IMG/VR virus record: IMGVR_UViG_3300048575_000378
Location: 1-45,188 of that record
Length of the DNA: 45,188 nucleotides
From: a virus
Taxonomy: Duplodnaviria > Caudoviricetes
Direction: 5' to 3' (one strand)
Position 1 is the stretch's first letter. Each line of letters begins with the position of its first letter. The translations under genes were made by a program, and so were the position numbers. The notes beneath the pieces are model-generated. The model saw only the letters and a list, made by a program, of their open reading frames with translations. It was not told where the DNA came from and made no database searches. This document shows, piece after piece, positions 35,364 to 44,528 of the stretch.

Positions 35364-35938
35364 GCCGCACCCCCGATCCGGTGGTTTTCGCCGGTGTTGC
35401 GGTCGTAGACGTCGGCCAACCGCACCCGGTAGACAGGCGCCTCAGGACCGCTGTTGCGGACGAGCAACCACCGGCAATAGCCATTGGACGTCGGCGCGCT
35501 GCCCGGCTCCGGGCGCAGCCGTACGAGATACCCGGCCTTTTCGAGGGCGCCGACATAGCGCTGCGCGTTGTCGCGGGTGGCGCCTGCCATGGTCTCAAGA
35601 TCGGCAATCCTGATCTTGAGGAGGACGCGCATCGCCATCCACATCTTGTCGCGCACCGTGCGGCGTCGCGGCCGGCGCGGCTCGGCCTGGGTGAGAGGCT
35701 TCGTCGGACCGCTGGTGATCGTCTCGCCGGCGGCGATCGCCCGCCGCCCCTGGTCCGACAACTCGAAACAGCCGCGCTCTCGGCGAACGATCCAGCCGCG
35801 GGTAATCAACCGGCAGCAAGCGTCGGAAACGCGCCGGGTCTCCATGCCGGTCATCTCGACGAGCGCGGCCGTCGTCAGGCAGGCGCCGCCCATCAATGCG
35901 TCGACGATCGGGGTCTGAATGGTGGACGCTCCAGCCAT
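35360..35938 (-). CDS. Tandem winged-helix protein downstream of MuB
   Basis: RDKMWMAMR, Y..ALEKAGYL, NSGPEAP and VYDRNTGE motifs. Confidence 0.75.
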   Translation of the reverse strand: MAGASTIQTPIVDALMGGACLTTAALVEMTGMETRRVSDACCRLITRGWIVRRERGCFELSDQGRRAIAAGETITSGPTKPLTQAEPRRPRRRTVRDKMWMAMRVLLKIRIADLETMAGATRDNAQRYVGALEKAGYLVRLRPEPGSAPTSNGYCRWLLVRNSGPEAPVYRVRLADVYDRNTGENHRIGGAA

Positions 35939-35942
35939 CGGA

Positions 35943-36698
35943 TCAGCCCCTGACGATGATTTCGTGGCCGGTCGATCGCTGGGTGAGCAGCTTCAGACCG
36001 AGCATATCGGAGATCTCCACCGGCCGATCCAGTCGCCGGCCGGTCCGCTCGATCGCCGCAAGGCCGGTCATCACCTCGCCGGCAAACCCTTCCGCCTTGT
36101 CATGCAGGAGGGCGAGCAGGTCCGCGGCGATCGCCACCTCGCAGCGCGCCGCGGCCATGGCGGCCGTATCGGCCAGCGTGAGCGCGGAAAACTCGACGTG
36201 AGCCTCGCCGGCCCGACGGGCGATCTGCGGAAACCGCTTGATGCCGGCGGCGATCTTGCCCATGCCGATGAGCAGGATCGGCACCTCGACGAGGTCGGAG
36301 ATATCGCGGAGCGTCTCCATCAGCGCCGACGAGCCGACGACGTGGTCGGCCTCGTCGACGATGATCGCAAACGGCCGCTCCTCGGCCAGCGCGACCGCCG
36401 CCCGCTTGCCGACCTCCTGGATGATCTGCTGGAATATCTTCTCATACGAGTAGGCCGGCGCGGTCTGCATGGTCTCGAGCAGCTCGCGCAGCATCCAGCT
36501 GGGCCGCCACTCGCGCTTGGCGCGGACGAACGGCAGGCCGTGGTTGACCGCAAACCATTGCGCCGTCGACGTCTTGCCGTAGCCCGGCTTGCCGTCCACG
36601 ATCATGAAGCAGTTTTCGGAGGCTCCACGGCGCTCGACCCTCTCGTAGCCGTCGAGAAATGCGGTCGTGTTGGACAGCCGCACGTATACGTTTTTCAT
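35943..36698 (-). CDS. MuB-like AAA+ transposition ATPase
   Basis: Walker A GKPGYGKT, Walker B IIVDEAD, LRDISD. Confidence 0.92.
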   Translation of the reverse strand: MKNVYVRLSNTTAFLDGYERVERRGASENCFMIVDGKPGYGKTSTAQWFAVNHGLPFVRAKREWRPSWMLRELLETMQTAPAYSYEKIFQQIIQEVGKRAAVALAEERPFAIIVDEADHVVGSSALMETLRDISDLVEVPILLIGMGKIAAGIKRFPQIARRAGEAHVEFSALTLADTAAMAAARCEVAIAADLLALLHDKAEGFAGEVMTGLAAIERTGRRLDRPVEISDMLGLKLLTQRSTGHEIIVRG

Positions 36699-38902
36699 GA
36701 TTTGGTGGCCTCTTGACTGGTCTTGATGAGGGTGGAGAGGGCATCGACGTCGATGCCGGACACGGCGCAAAGCTCCCTAAACGTCCACGAGCGCAGCCGC
36801 TCGGCCATCAGCGCGCGGTCGCGATCGATGACGGCGCCGGGGTTGGCGATCAGCCATGCCGCCATCTCCTGGTCGGTCCTGAATGTCGGCCGGCCGCCGC
36901 CGGCCGGCGTGCGCGGCGTGAAGGCGATGACGGCGGCCGGCTCAGCGGTCTCGGCCAGCACCGGCTCGACCGGCAGCGCCGGCGCCTCGCCGGTGGCCGC
37001 CGTCAATGCGGCGGCGATCTCTGCCGTCATGTGCTCGACGGTGCGCGGCGGCAGCTGGATCACGTCGGCCGTGCCGGCCTCCCTGAGCTGGCGCTCCTTT
37101 TCCGAGAGATATCGCTCGATCATAGGCGCGCCGCTGGTCAGCTGGAGCACCTCGGCGCGGATCGGATCGGTCCGCCCCTTGAGCAGCGCGGCCCGCTGCT
37201 CCTTGACCATGCGGGTGTACTCGGCCGGGTCGATGCCGCGCAGCTCGGGGCAGACAGCCAGCTCCACGTAGGCGCCGGTCGCCTCGTCAAAGAGGTAGAC
37301 GAGGCCGAGATCGGTCGGATCGAGGCGGACAAACACCCGGTCGCCTGGAAACGCCTTGATCGTCTGGTAGTGATATTCGCCGATTTGGACGCCAAACTTT
37401 GTGACCTTGCGGTATCCGCCCTTGGCGACCGGCATCAGCAGCACATCGAGGGCGCGCTCGTCGACCGTGCGGATGACCGCGTTGGCCTCGCGGGCCGCCT
37501 GCGCCGGCGTCTTGCCGTCGAGCCCGTCATGCGCCGTGTGGGCATAGACCGTGTCGATCCAGCGGTCGGCCACCACCTGGATTTCGGCGACCGAATAGCG
37601 GACCCCGAACAGCTCGGCCGTCTCGGCGCCGAGGCGCTGGGCAAAGGATTTGCGGTCCTCCAAGCGCTTGCGCTCGGCTACGTTGTGGCCGATGTAGCCG
37701 GGGAGCAGCTCGGCAAAGCCATGCTGCATCGTGCGGATCGCCCGCTCGACGTGGCCCTTTTGTTGAGGCGTGTAGGCGTCGGACAGCTCAAGCTCGATGC
37801 CGAGGGCGGCGATCAGACGTTTGGTGTCCTCGGCCACAAAGTCCGAGCCGTTGTCGGTCTTGATTTTCTGGGGCACCCCCCAGGCGAGCATCGCTTTGCG
37901 CAGCAGCATCGCCACCGCGAGCGCTCTTGGCGACCGCGAGACGTAGAGGATCATCCGGCGCGTGCCGATATCGACGCAGGCATAGACCGTCGGCCTCGCG
38001 ATCGTCGTGTCCATGGCGTCGAGCGGCGAGGAGTCGATCATCCAGAGCATGTTGGGCACGCGGATGTGGCGGAGCATGCCGACGCCGGACGGCGCCATGG
38101 CCGACCGATAGCGGTCGGGATCGCTGAGCTTGGCCAGCGCGACGGCTTCCGTCTCCCGCCAGCGCTTGATCTGATGCTGGATGGTCCGCACCGGCGGAAT
38201 CGGATGGAGCGTGCCGTCGGGTGCGACGAGCTCGCCGCCCATCTCGCCGGAGAGCAGCGTCTGTACCCGCTCGGCCTTGATCGACGGCTGGTGGGCGATC
38301 AGTCCGAGGATGTAGGATTTGGCGCGGCCGCCGTTGGCGGTCTCCAGCACGCCCTTGCCCTTCCGGGCGAGGCTGCGGTCGGCGCCGAGCGAGCGGCCCT
38401 CGCGGGCTTCCTCGCGCCAGCGCCACAGGCTGCGCCGCGAGACGGCCGGCACCTCCTCGCGCACCCAGTCCTCGACGCGGACCTGACCGGCGTTGTAGGC
38501 GAGCGCAAAGACATGGACGCCGCCGCTCTTTGTCAGGTTGAGCCCCGACGCATAGCGCTCGCAGGCCGTCAGGATGGCGACGCGGGCCGCCTGGGCGCGG
38601 CGCCCGCGGTCGGTCTCCGGCACCGGCAGCTCGCGCTGCTGCCGGATTGGCACCACCTCGCCCACCACCATGGTCCGCTGCTCGTACTGCATGCGCGCCA
38701 GCGTCGGCAGGAGAGAGACATGGTATTCGAGGCCGCCGCCCCGACCGATGCGATTGCGCGACCGCGCGAAATCGTCGTTCCAGCCATTGCGGGCGGCGTA
38801 GCGGATGACGGCGCTTTCCGTCGTTGGCATGTCCCGGAGCTTCAACCCGGCGATCTCGCGGGCGGTCAGCCAATCCTTCACGGGCTGGGCGGCCATGGTC
38901 AT
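36695..38902 (-). CDS. MuA-like DDE transposase
   Basis: N-terminal Mu HTH (WLTAREIA..GRGGGLEY); catalytic WMIDSSPLD, TDNGSDF and KGHVER. Confidence 0.95.
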   Translation of the reverse strand: MTMAAQPVKDWLTAREIAGLKLRDMPTTESAVIRYAARNGWNDDFARSRNRIGRGGGLEYHVSLLPTLARMQYEQRTMVVGEVVPIRQQRELPVPETDRGRRAQAARVAILTACERYASGLNLTKSGGVHVFALAYNAGQVRVEDWVREEVPAVSRRSLWRWREEAREGRSLGADRSLARKGKGVLETANGGRAKSYILGLIAHQPSIKAERVQTLLSGEMGGELVAPDGTLHPIPPVRTIQHQIKRWRETEAVALAKLSDPDRYRSAMAPSGVGMLRHIRVPNMLWMIDSSPLDAMDTTIARPTVYACVDIGTRRMILYVSRSPRALAVAMLLRKAMLAWGVPQKIKTDNGSDFVAEDTKRLIAALGIELELSDAYTPQQKGHVERAIRTMQHGFAELLPGYIGHNVAERKRLEDRKSFAQRLGAETAELFGVRYSVAEIQVVADRWIDTVYAHTAHDGLDGKTPAQAAREANAVIRTVDERALDVLLMPVAKGGYRKVTKFGVQIGEYHYQTIKAFPGDRVFVRLDPTDLGLVYLFDEATGAYVELAVCPELRGIDPAEYTRMVKEQRAALLKGRTDPIRAEVLQLTSGAPMIERYLSEKERQLREAGTADVIQLPPRTVEHMTAEIAAALTAATGEAPALPVEPVLAETAEPAAVIAFTPRTPAGGGRPTFRTDQEMAAWLIANPGAVIDRDRALMAERLRSWTFRELCAVSGIDVDALSTLIKTSQEATKS

Positions 38903-39357
38903 TTGCCGGCCCTCCAGGCCGCGTCGGCCGCATCGATCTCGCGCTGCAGGCGGCTGAGGTCTTCCTTGGCGACCTCACGACGGATCAGCGGCTCGTATCT
39001 GGCCGGCACCGCCACCATGCCGGCCGGCGCCAGCAGCATGTTGATCGCCCGCGGATCGCCGGTGACGGTGACGAGGGCAAACAGGCGCAGCGCGGAGATG
39101 ACGTGCTCTTTGGCCTGGGAGGCGTAGTTGTCGAGCATCGCTTTGCTCATGTCGTCCTGGAGGAGATCTGCCATCGCCTTGGCCGCCTCCGCGCGGCTCA
39201 TACCGCTATCTTCGAGGGTCCGGGCTACGGCCTTGGAAAGGCGCCCCGCGAGGTCGTAGGCACGCACCGACTCCTCCGGATATCGCTCGACCACCGGGGC
39301 CGGCTGGTATTCGGCAAAGAGATCGATTGTGCCCGCGTCGCGGCGGCGCTTGGTCAT
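38899..39357 (-). CDS. Phage regulatory HTH-like protein
   Basis: SRAEAA..M...SKAMLDNYAS motif; precedes MuA. Confidence 0.7.
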   Translation of the reverse strand: MTKRRRDAGTIDLFAEYQPAPVVERYPEESVRAYDLAGRLSKAVARTLEDSGMSRAEAAKAMADLLQDDMSKAMLDNYASQAKEHVISALRLFALVTVTGDPRAINMLLAPAGMVAVPARYEPLIRREVAKEDLSRLQREIDAADAAWRAGK

Positions 39358-40199
39358 CAGGCGGCCCTCTTGCCCTGCTGACGGGCCACCCAGGCCATGA
39401 TCTGCGGCGCGAGCGCGTCAAACACCCGGTCGATCTGGCCCTCCGGCAACCGCGAAATGCGGGCGCTCACCGTCTCCCACAGTTCGAGCTGGCGCGGCGC
39501 CGGCATACGGTCGATGATGGCGATCGCCTCATCGACGCTGCCGGCCATGGGCGGTTCGGCCAACATCAGCCCGACGATCCGCTCCTGCCGCTCGGCCGTC
39601 TCGCCGGAGAGCTTGACCAGTTCGCTCATGGTGTTGGCGATCGGATGCGCCGAGATGCGCAGCCGCACCGGTTCCGAGATGCCCTTGGCCACCTTGAGCG
39701 ACCGGCCGATCGAGTCTTCCGAGACGGCCAGCACCTTGGCGGCAGCCAGCGAAAAGCGCTCGACGAACGACCTATTCCGCAAATCTGCGGAATTGATCTT
39801 GCTCCGCCGGTCGCCGCCGCGCCGGTCGACGGCGTTGGCGGTCTCGTAGATCTCCTTCCAGGCGATCAGGTGGATTGCCCGGTCGAGCGCCGTCAGCTCG
39901 TAGCGCAGCATGTTCTCGCGGATTTCACGCAGCCGGATAGCCGCCTCGTCCGCGAATTCCGCGTTCTCGAAGACCTTGGCCTCGATCTCGTCGAGGCCGA
40001 GCAGCACCGCCGCCTCGATCCGATGACCGCCGGAGATCAGTCGATAGCCCTTCTCGGTCCGTACCACCTCGATCGGCGGCCATTGCGGCGCCCCGGCCTC
40101 GCGGGCCTCGTCGGCCAGTGCCTGCGCCCAGTCCCTGTTGATCGCGCGCAACCGCTTGCTGCGGTCGATGTCGGCGATCGTGATGCTGATGACCTGCAT
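39357..40199 (-). CDS. ParB/Srx N-terminal domain protein with HTH
   Basis: PPIEV..YRLISGGHRIEAA and EIRENMLR.EL motifs. Confidence 0.85.
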   Translation of the reverse strand: MQVISITIADIDRSKRLRAINRDWAQALADEAREAGAPQWPPIEVVRTEKGYRLISGGHRIEAAVLLGLDEIEAKVFENAEFADEAAIRLREIRENMLRYELTALDRAIHLIAWKEIYETANAVDRRGGDRRSKINSADLRNRSFVERFSLAAAKVLAVSEDSIGRSLKVAKGISEPVRLRISAHPIANTMSELVKLSGETAERQERIVGLMLAEPPMAGSVDEAIAIIDRMPAPRQLELWETVSARISRLPEGQIDRVFDALAPQIMAWVARQQGKRAA

Positions 40200-40268
40200 T
40201 TCCACCCTCTTCAAACACGGCTCGAACTGGCGTTCGGGAATGCCGCCCTGGGGCGGCAAGCCGGAGCG

Positions 40269-40598
40269 TCAGTTGGCGTCGTCGGATTCGTCGACCACGA
40301 ACCAGTCTTCTGCGAGGAGGTCGGCTGCGCTCGGACACCAGCCGGTCATGGTGTGTTCGAGCGTGTCGCGCGCATCAAATCGCGGCAGACGCGTGACGGT
40401 GCCCGTATCGCCAGCCTCGAAAAATCGCAGCGGGATACCGCTGGTGCGATCGGCGAAGAAGTCGCCGTTGGCCTCGATGTAGTTGGGGTCCCAGGCAATG
40501 CTGCCCTTCACGAGGAAAATGCGCTCGTGATTGAAGTCTCCGTCGCGCGCGACGGCCCTGCCGGCCAACATCAGTTGCAGCGCGTCTCTGAAGTTCAT
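40269..40598 (-). CDS. DUF2829 / Tad2-like anti-defence sponge protein
   Basis: MNFRDAL.LM.AG.AVAR...GWCPSAADLLAEDW.VV. Confidence 0.78.
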   Translation of the reverse strand: MNFRDALQLMLAGRAVARDGDFNHERIFLVKGSIAWDPNYIEANGDFFADRTSGIPLRFFEAGDTGTVTRLPRFDARDTLEHTMTGWCPSAADLLAEDWFVVDESDDAN

Positions 40599-40681
40599 TA
40601 TGATCCCCCATCAGAACCGCCCTCAGGCGGCGAGGCCATCTGGCACTCGGGAAACCGGCCCTCGGGCCGGAAGCCGGAGGG

Positions 40682-40996
40682 TCAGGCGGGCCGTTCAACC
40701 TTGGCAATGGCGGAATTGACAGTGGCGAGGGTAAAGCGCTTGAGGTTGGCGCCTTCGGTATCGCCGTTGCTGGCGTCTACTCGAATGTAGTATTCGAGCA
40801 CCGCCGCGTACTGCTTCGCGATCGGAAGAAGAAGGCTCTCACTATCCGTGGCCTGTCGCTCGGCTCGACCCTTCGGCCGCGGGTTGTATGGGTTCGGGTA
40901 GATCACCTTGACATCGTGCGTCGCCGCGTAGTGCGCGAACTCCGCCGGCGTGATCGTCCTCTTGTGGCTCGGTCGGACCATTTTCAGTCTCCTCAC
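40682..40996 (-). CDS. Hypothetical early protein
   Basis: Coupled ORF in the early operon. Confidence 0.55.
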   Translation of the reverse strand: MRRLKMVRPSHKRTITPAEFAHYAATHDVKVIYPNPYNPRPKGRAERQATDSESLLLPIAKQYAAVLEYYIRVDASNGDTEGANLKRFTLATVNSAIAKVERPA

Positions 40997-41232
40997 GCGG
41001 CCCGCTCGAAGGCGGTGCCTTGGAGCAGCAGGACTTGCAGGGCGTTGCTGGCGCGCTCGGCGGCCGCCTGGGCTGCCGCGTCGTAGCGACGCGACATCAG
41101 CCGCTCGTCCGCCGTGGGGAGGCGGCCCATGCGGGCAAGCGCGATGCGCAGGTCCATCGCCTCGGCGGCGGCCAGATAGGCGTCGCGCTGATAGCGGATG
41201 GCGAGGTCTTGGAGACCGGCGGGGTTGGTCAT
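40993..41232 (-). CDS. Hypothetical early protein
   Basis: ATGA-coupled. Confidence 0.6.
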   Translation of the reverse strand: MTNPAGLQDLAIRYQRDAYLAAAEAMDLRIALARMGRLPTADERLMSRRYDAAAQAAAERASNALQVLLLQGTAFERAA

Positions 41233-41345
41233 GGCCAGTCCCTCACGAAGAGCAACATGACGAACGCAACCAGGAAAATCCCGGCGGCGTCCTGGTGATC
41301 AACGAGCATGGCGATGCCGGCCAAGCCGAATATGGCTGCTCTCAC
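41229..41345 (-). CDS. Small hydrophobic protein, 38 aa
   Basis: GTG start after GGAG; two hydrophobic segments. Confidence 0.5.
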   Translation of the reverse strand: MRAAIFGLAGIAMLVDHQDAAGIFLVAFVMLLFVRDWP

Positions 41346-41545
41346 GATCGCTCTCCTTCGCTTCCGCAGGCGAGCGCCTTGGCCGCCGGCAGGTCCCTCA
41401 CGATGTCCGCGTCGTCGAATTCGGCCGCCTGCAGGAGGCGCACCAACTCGTCGTCGGTCGGGTCGGGGCGCCCCATGGTGCGAAGCGACTGCACGACGAT
41501 GCCGATCACGCCGATCATCTGGGCTTGGGTCTCGGTGAGCGGCAT
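41342..41545 (-). CDS. Hypothetical early protein
   Basis: MPLTETQAQM...; SD GGAGG. Confidence 0.6.
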   Translation of the reverse strand: MPLTETQAQMIGVIGIVVQSLRTMGRPDPTDDELVRLLQAAEFDDADIVRDLPAAKALACGSEGERS

Positions 41546-41547
41546 GG

Positions 41548-41721
41548 TCAGCCTCCTGCCGCGATGCAGGCGGCGAGCGCCCAGCTCGCCATGCCGGCAC
41601 TGAGCAGCCCGGTGGCGACCAGCGCGCAGAGATCGCCCGCCCATCGGGCCGCGACGTTGGCGAGGCTGTACCTGCGCAGCATGTCAGCGGTGATGTGGAT
41701 TTCTGACGGGCGGGCCATCAT
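41548..41721 (-). CDS. Small protein, 57 aa, with hydrophobic C-terminus
   Basis: ATGA-coupled to ner: MMARPSEIHITADMLRRY...ACIAAGG. Confidence 0.55.
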   Translation of the reverse strand: MMARPSEIHITADMLRRYSLANVAARWAGDLCALVATGLLSAGMASWALAACIAAGG

Positions 41722-42020
41722 GCGACCCTTGCGATGTCAGCGGTCGCTGCCACTTTTTGACTGGCCGACCCCTCAGGATTATGCGTATTGGTGAGTGTCC
41801 GGCGGCGACGAGTGTACATGCCGGGCAGCATCTCGCGGAGATCGACGCCAATCGCTTCGGCAACGGCGAGCGCGCCGCGGTAGCTGCCCCCATTAAGCCC
41901 TTGGCTGCAGGCGGCGGGGTAGAGCCCCGCCTCTTCGGCGATCCTGGCTAGGGTCAGTCCCTTGCGGGCTACCTCTGCGAGGATGGCCGGACGATCCCAT
42001 CTGGTTTTGGGGTCAGGCAT
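41718..42020 (-). CDS. ner: Ner-like HTH regulator
   Basis: WDRPAILAEVARKGLTLARIA...AVAEAIG....MLP..Y; divergent from the repressor. Confidence 0.85.
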   Translation of the reverse strand: MPDPKTRWDRPAILAEVARKGLTLARIAEEAGLYPAACSQGLNGGSYRGALAVAEAIGVDLREMLPGMYTRRRRTLTNTHNPEGSASQKVAATADIARVA

Positions 42021-42270
42021 CGACTTCCACTCTCCTGGGCGGGCACCTTTCGTAGAGGTGGCTGCCTCGGTCTTACGTACTAAACTTTATGTCGTTAGAT
42101 ACGCATAAAAGTGAGGGAATGTCAACGGTACGGACCGGGTTATACCGCGTCAGAGTTCGTTACCCTTCAAATAGGGCGGTAATTCCAGCTACAATATTGG
42201 AGATACACCCTTTTTGCGGCTTTGATGGCATGCAACGGGACTCTGACCACGCGTCAGAGTTAGAGCAAAA

Positions 42271-42948
42271 ATGGTCGATACCTTTAGTGAGCGGCTTCTT
42301 GCCGCAAAGGCTGCGAGGGGGAAAGTGTCGAACTATGCGCTGTCGAAACTGACAGGCATCGCCGACAATCTGCTGGGCAAGTACGACAAAGGAACGCTGC
42401 CCAATGTCGACTACGCCGCAGCGATAGCCGACGCCCTCGACATATCGCTGGAGTGGCTGATTTCCGGGAGAGGAGAAATGGACCGCCAACCCAGTTCATT
42501 GGCCCCGACACTGACCGGAGAGGCCATCCCGCCCGAGTTTGCCCTCATCCCATATCTTCAGGTCGAGGCGTCAGCCGGCGGAGGTGCGATCAACCACGGC
42601 GAGGAAACAGCACAAATGCTGGCCTTCCGAAACGAATGGCTGCATCGCAACGGCATTTCGCCGGTCCACGCTAAGGCTTTGACCGTTTTGGGCGATTCGA
42701 TGGAACCGACGCTGAGTAGCGGCGATGTGATCCTCGTCGACACCAGAGTCGGCGATGTCGGCCAGCCCGGCATCTACGTCATCCGTGTCGACGACCGCCT
42801 GATGGTCAAGCGCATTCAGCCGAAATTCGGCGGGGCGCTGATCCTGATCCCGGAAAACCCGGTTTACTCGCAAGAGGAGATTCCCGCCGACAAGGCTGAT
42901 CAGATGGCCGTCATCGGGCTCGTCCGCTGGTGTGGCAAGCTGATCTAG
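42271..42948 (+). CDS. CI-like repressor: XRE HTH plus S24 peptidase
   Basis: HTH ending EWLISG; cleavage site SAG, catalytic GDSMEP and VKR. Confidence 0.92.
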   Translation: MVDTFSERLLAAKAARGKVSNYALSKLTGIADNLLGKYDKGTLPNVDYAAAIADALDISLEWLISGRGEMDRQPSSLAPTLTGEAIPPEFALIPYLQVEASAGGGAINHGEETAQMLAFRNEWLHRNGISPVHAKALTVLGDSMEPTLSSGDVILVDTRVGDVGQPGIYVIRVDDRLMVKRIQPKFGGALILIPENPVYSQEEIPADKADQMAVIGLVRWCGKLI

Positions 42949-42964
42949 AGGGCATCGTACCCCT

Positions 42965-42999
42965 TTGACTCTTGGTCTGGATCGGAACATAATAGGAAC
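42965..42999 (+). promoter_or_regulatory. sigma70 promoter overlapped by an alphaproteobacterial LexA box
   Basis: TTGACT, 17 nt, CATAAT; GAAC-ATAATAG-GAAC at 42985-42999. Confidence 0.75.
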
Positions 43000-43020
43000 A
43001 TTCAATCCGTGGAGGTTCCT

Positions 43021-43269
43021 ATGTCTTTGGTCGAAAAGCACATTGTTGTTCCTTACCGCTTCGCCACGAAGGGTAAGGATAAACGGCTTGTTCCTGGTGA
43101 GATGCGCCCGGCCTCCAGCGCCGAGGGCGCCCGGCGCGTCGCCGAGGCCATGTCGACCCGCTTCGCCGGCGTCGCCGCCTTTTCGGTCTACGTCGACCAG
43201 GATTCCGGCGACATGACCTCACCCGTCGAGTTGGCCCGGTTCGGCGAGGTGCCGGAGCTGGACACTTGA
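43021..43269 (+). CDS. Small, putatively SOS-regulated protein, 82 aa
   Basis: SD GGAGG; C-terminal D..SGD...P..LARFGEVP. Confidence 0.75.
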   Translation: MSLVEKHIVVPYRFATKGKDKRLVPGEMRPASSAEGARRVAEAMSTRFAGVAAFSVYVDQDSGDMTSPVELARFGEVPELDT

Positions 43270-43369
43270 CCAAACCCACACCTGCGCCGATCGTCTGCGT
43301 GTACTCGGGCGCGTCAGGTGGTATGGTCTTGCAATCTGACGATGTAATTTCCTGATGGGGGGGGAGATC

Positions 43370-43837
43370 ATGGAGAGCGTTGGGGCGCTTGTTTTTATTA
43401 TCATCTGTTCCGTGATTATTGGTGCAATTGCTAGCATTTTTGTTGGGCGCCCGTTTTCTAAGTGGTTTATGTATGGTCTTTTCCTGCTCCCGCTGGCTGC
43501 AATTCATCTTATTGTTGCTGGCGCAGGCGATGATACCGGGTCTCGCGCGCCTAAAATTGGTGCGTTTCTAATGTTTCTTCTGCTTTGTGGCGGCTCATAC
43601 TATCTATACCAGGAATTTTCCGGATTTCAGACTGCAGACGTTGAGGCTGTTAAGCAGTCGATCAAAGCCGAGTTCGAAAAGCAGCCCGGCGTCACGGTGA
43701 CGGATGTCTCAATGATCAGGGACGGCAACAGGCGACTGATCGGTGTGGCCAACGTCGCTGTCGCCGGCATCCAGGTCGCCAAATCCTGCGAGGCGACCAT
43801 GGGCGATGGGCGGCAATACCTCTGGACATGCAAGTAG
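43370..43837 (+). CDS. Accessory membrane protein with soluble C-terminal domain
   Basis: About 3 transmembrane segments in a low-GC 5' half; Cys pair in the C-terminal domain. Confidence 0.7.
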   Translation: MESVGALVFIIICSVIIGAIASIFVGRPFSKWFMYGLFLLPLAAIHLIVAGAGDDTGSRAPKIGAFLMFLLLCGGSYYLYQEFSGFQTADVEAVKQSIKAEFEKQPGVTVTDVSMIRDGNRRLIGVANVAVAGIQVAKSCEATMGDGRQYLWTCK

Positions 43838-43909
43838 TATCGTCAGGATGTCGTCTCTGGCCTGGCGGATGGGCGAAAAGCGCATTGGGGAGTCCATTCA
43901 GCCGCGGTA

Positions 43910-43956
43910 TAAAATGCATTTTACCACTTGCAGTATAGCGCCATTGGCACTATATT
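43910..43956 (+). promoter_or_regulatory. Promoter with palindromic operator
   Basis: TTGCAG, 17 nt, TATATT; TATAGCGCCA-T-TGGCACTATA (43934-43954); TAAAATGCATTTTA (43910-43923). Confidence 0.65.
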
Positions 43957-44002
43957 TTAGCTGTCAGCAGGGCAATGTAGCCCGCCAGAAGTGGAGACAA
44001 AT

Positions 44003-44152
44003 ATGATCCAGTCCAATTCCCTCGCCGCCGCGATCCCCTCGTACTGGACCGCAATCCGCATGACGCCTAAGGGGCTGCTCTGCAAGACGCTTTCCGGCCA
44101 GTATGTTGTTTTTGCTGGCGAGCATGCCATCCCGACGCGCTTGACCGCTTGA
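44003..44152 (+). CDS. Small protein, 49 aa (MIQSNSLAAAIPSYW...)
   Basis: SD GGAG; first ORF after the promoter; not in the ORF track. Confidence 0.55.
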   Translation: MIQSNSLAAAIPSYWTAIRMTPKGLLCKTLSGQYVVFAGEHAIPTRLTA

Positions 44153-44210
44153 TGCGCAGGGTCGCCGGCGTAAAAGCCGACGGCCTCGTCACACAAAGGG
44201 ATGATTGATC

Positions 44211-44528
44211 ATGCACAATAATCTTCCATCAAAGATGTTGGCCGCGATTGCCGTCGAACTTGACAGGCCCCATCGCACGCCAAACGAAATCATGTATTGC
44301 TCAGGCATTCTTTTTGCTATCGGTGAATACCACGACGCCATTTACTTACAGCGTCATGCCGAAAATATTAAATGGCTGATCGCACAACAGGAAACACCTG
44401 ATATTATAAAGGAAGCGGCCAGCCGACAGGCGCACGTAACCGAAATCGTGGCTCTAGTCCTGGCCAAGATCATTGCTGAGGTCGGCGAGGACGAAATAGC
44501 AAAGGCCGAGGAGGGCAGGCTCCCATGA
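44211..44528 (+). CDS. Hypothetical protein
   Basis: Lower GC; ATGA-coupled to the HTH gene. Confidence 0.6.
   Translation: MHNNLPSKMLAAIAVELDRPHRTPNEIMYCSGILFAIGEYHDAIYLQRHAENIKWLIAQQETPDIIKEAASRQAHVTEIVALVLAKIIAEVGEDEIAKAEEGRLP

Noticed and set aside
14268-39127. Long plus-strand and alternative-frame ORFs (e.g. 14268-16295, 22234-24300, 36713-39127)
   Set aside because: Shadow frames of high-GC genes, Arg/Pro-rich and without recognisable motifs.
43976-43986. TGTAGCCCGCC as the second prophage end
   Set aside because: Same orientation as the 1845 end, with no transposase repeats or GGCGG duplication.
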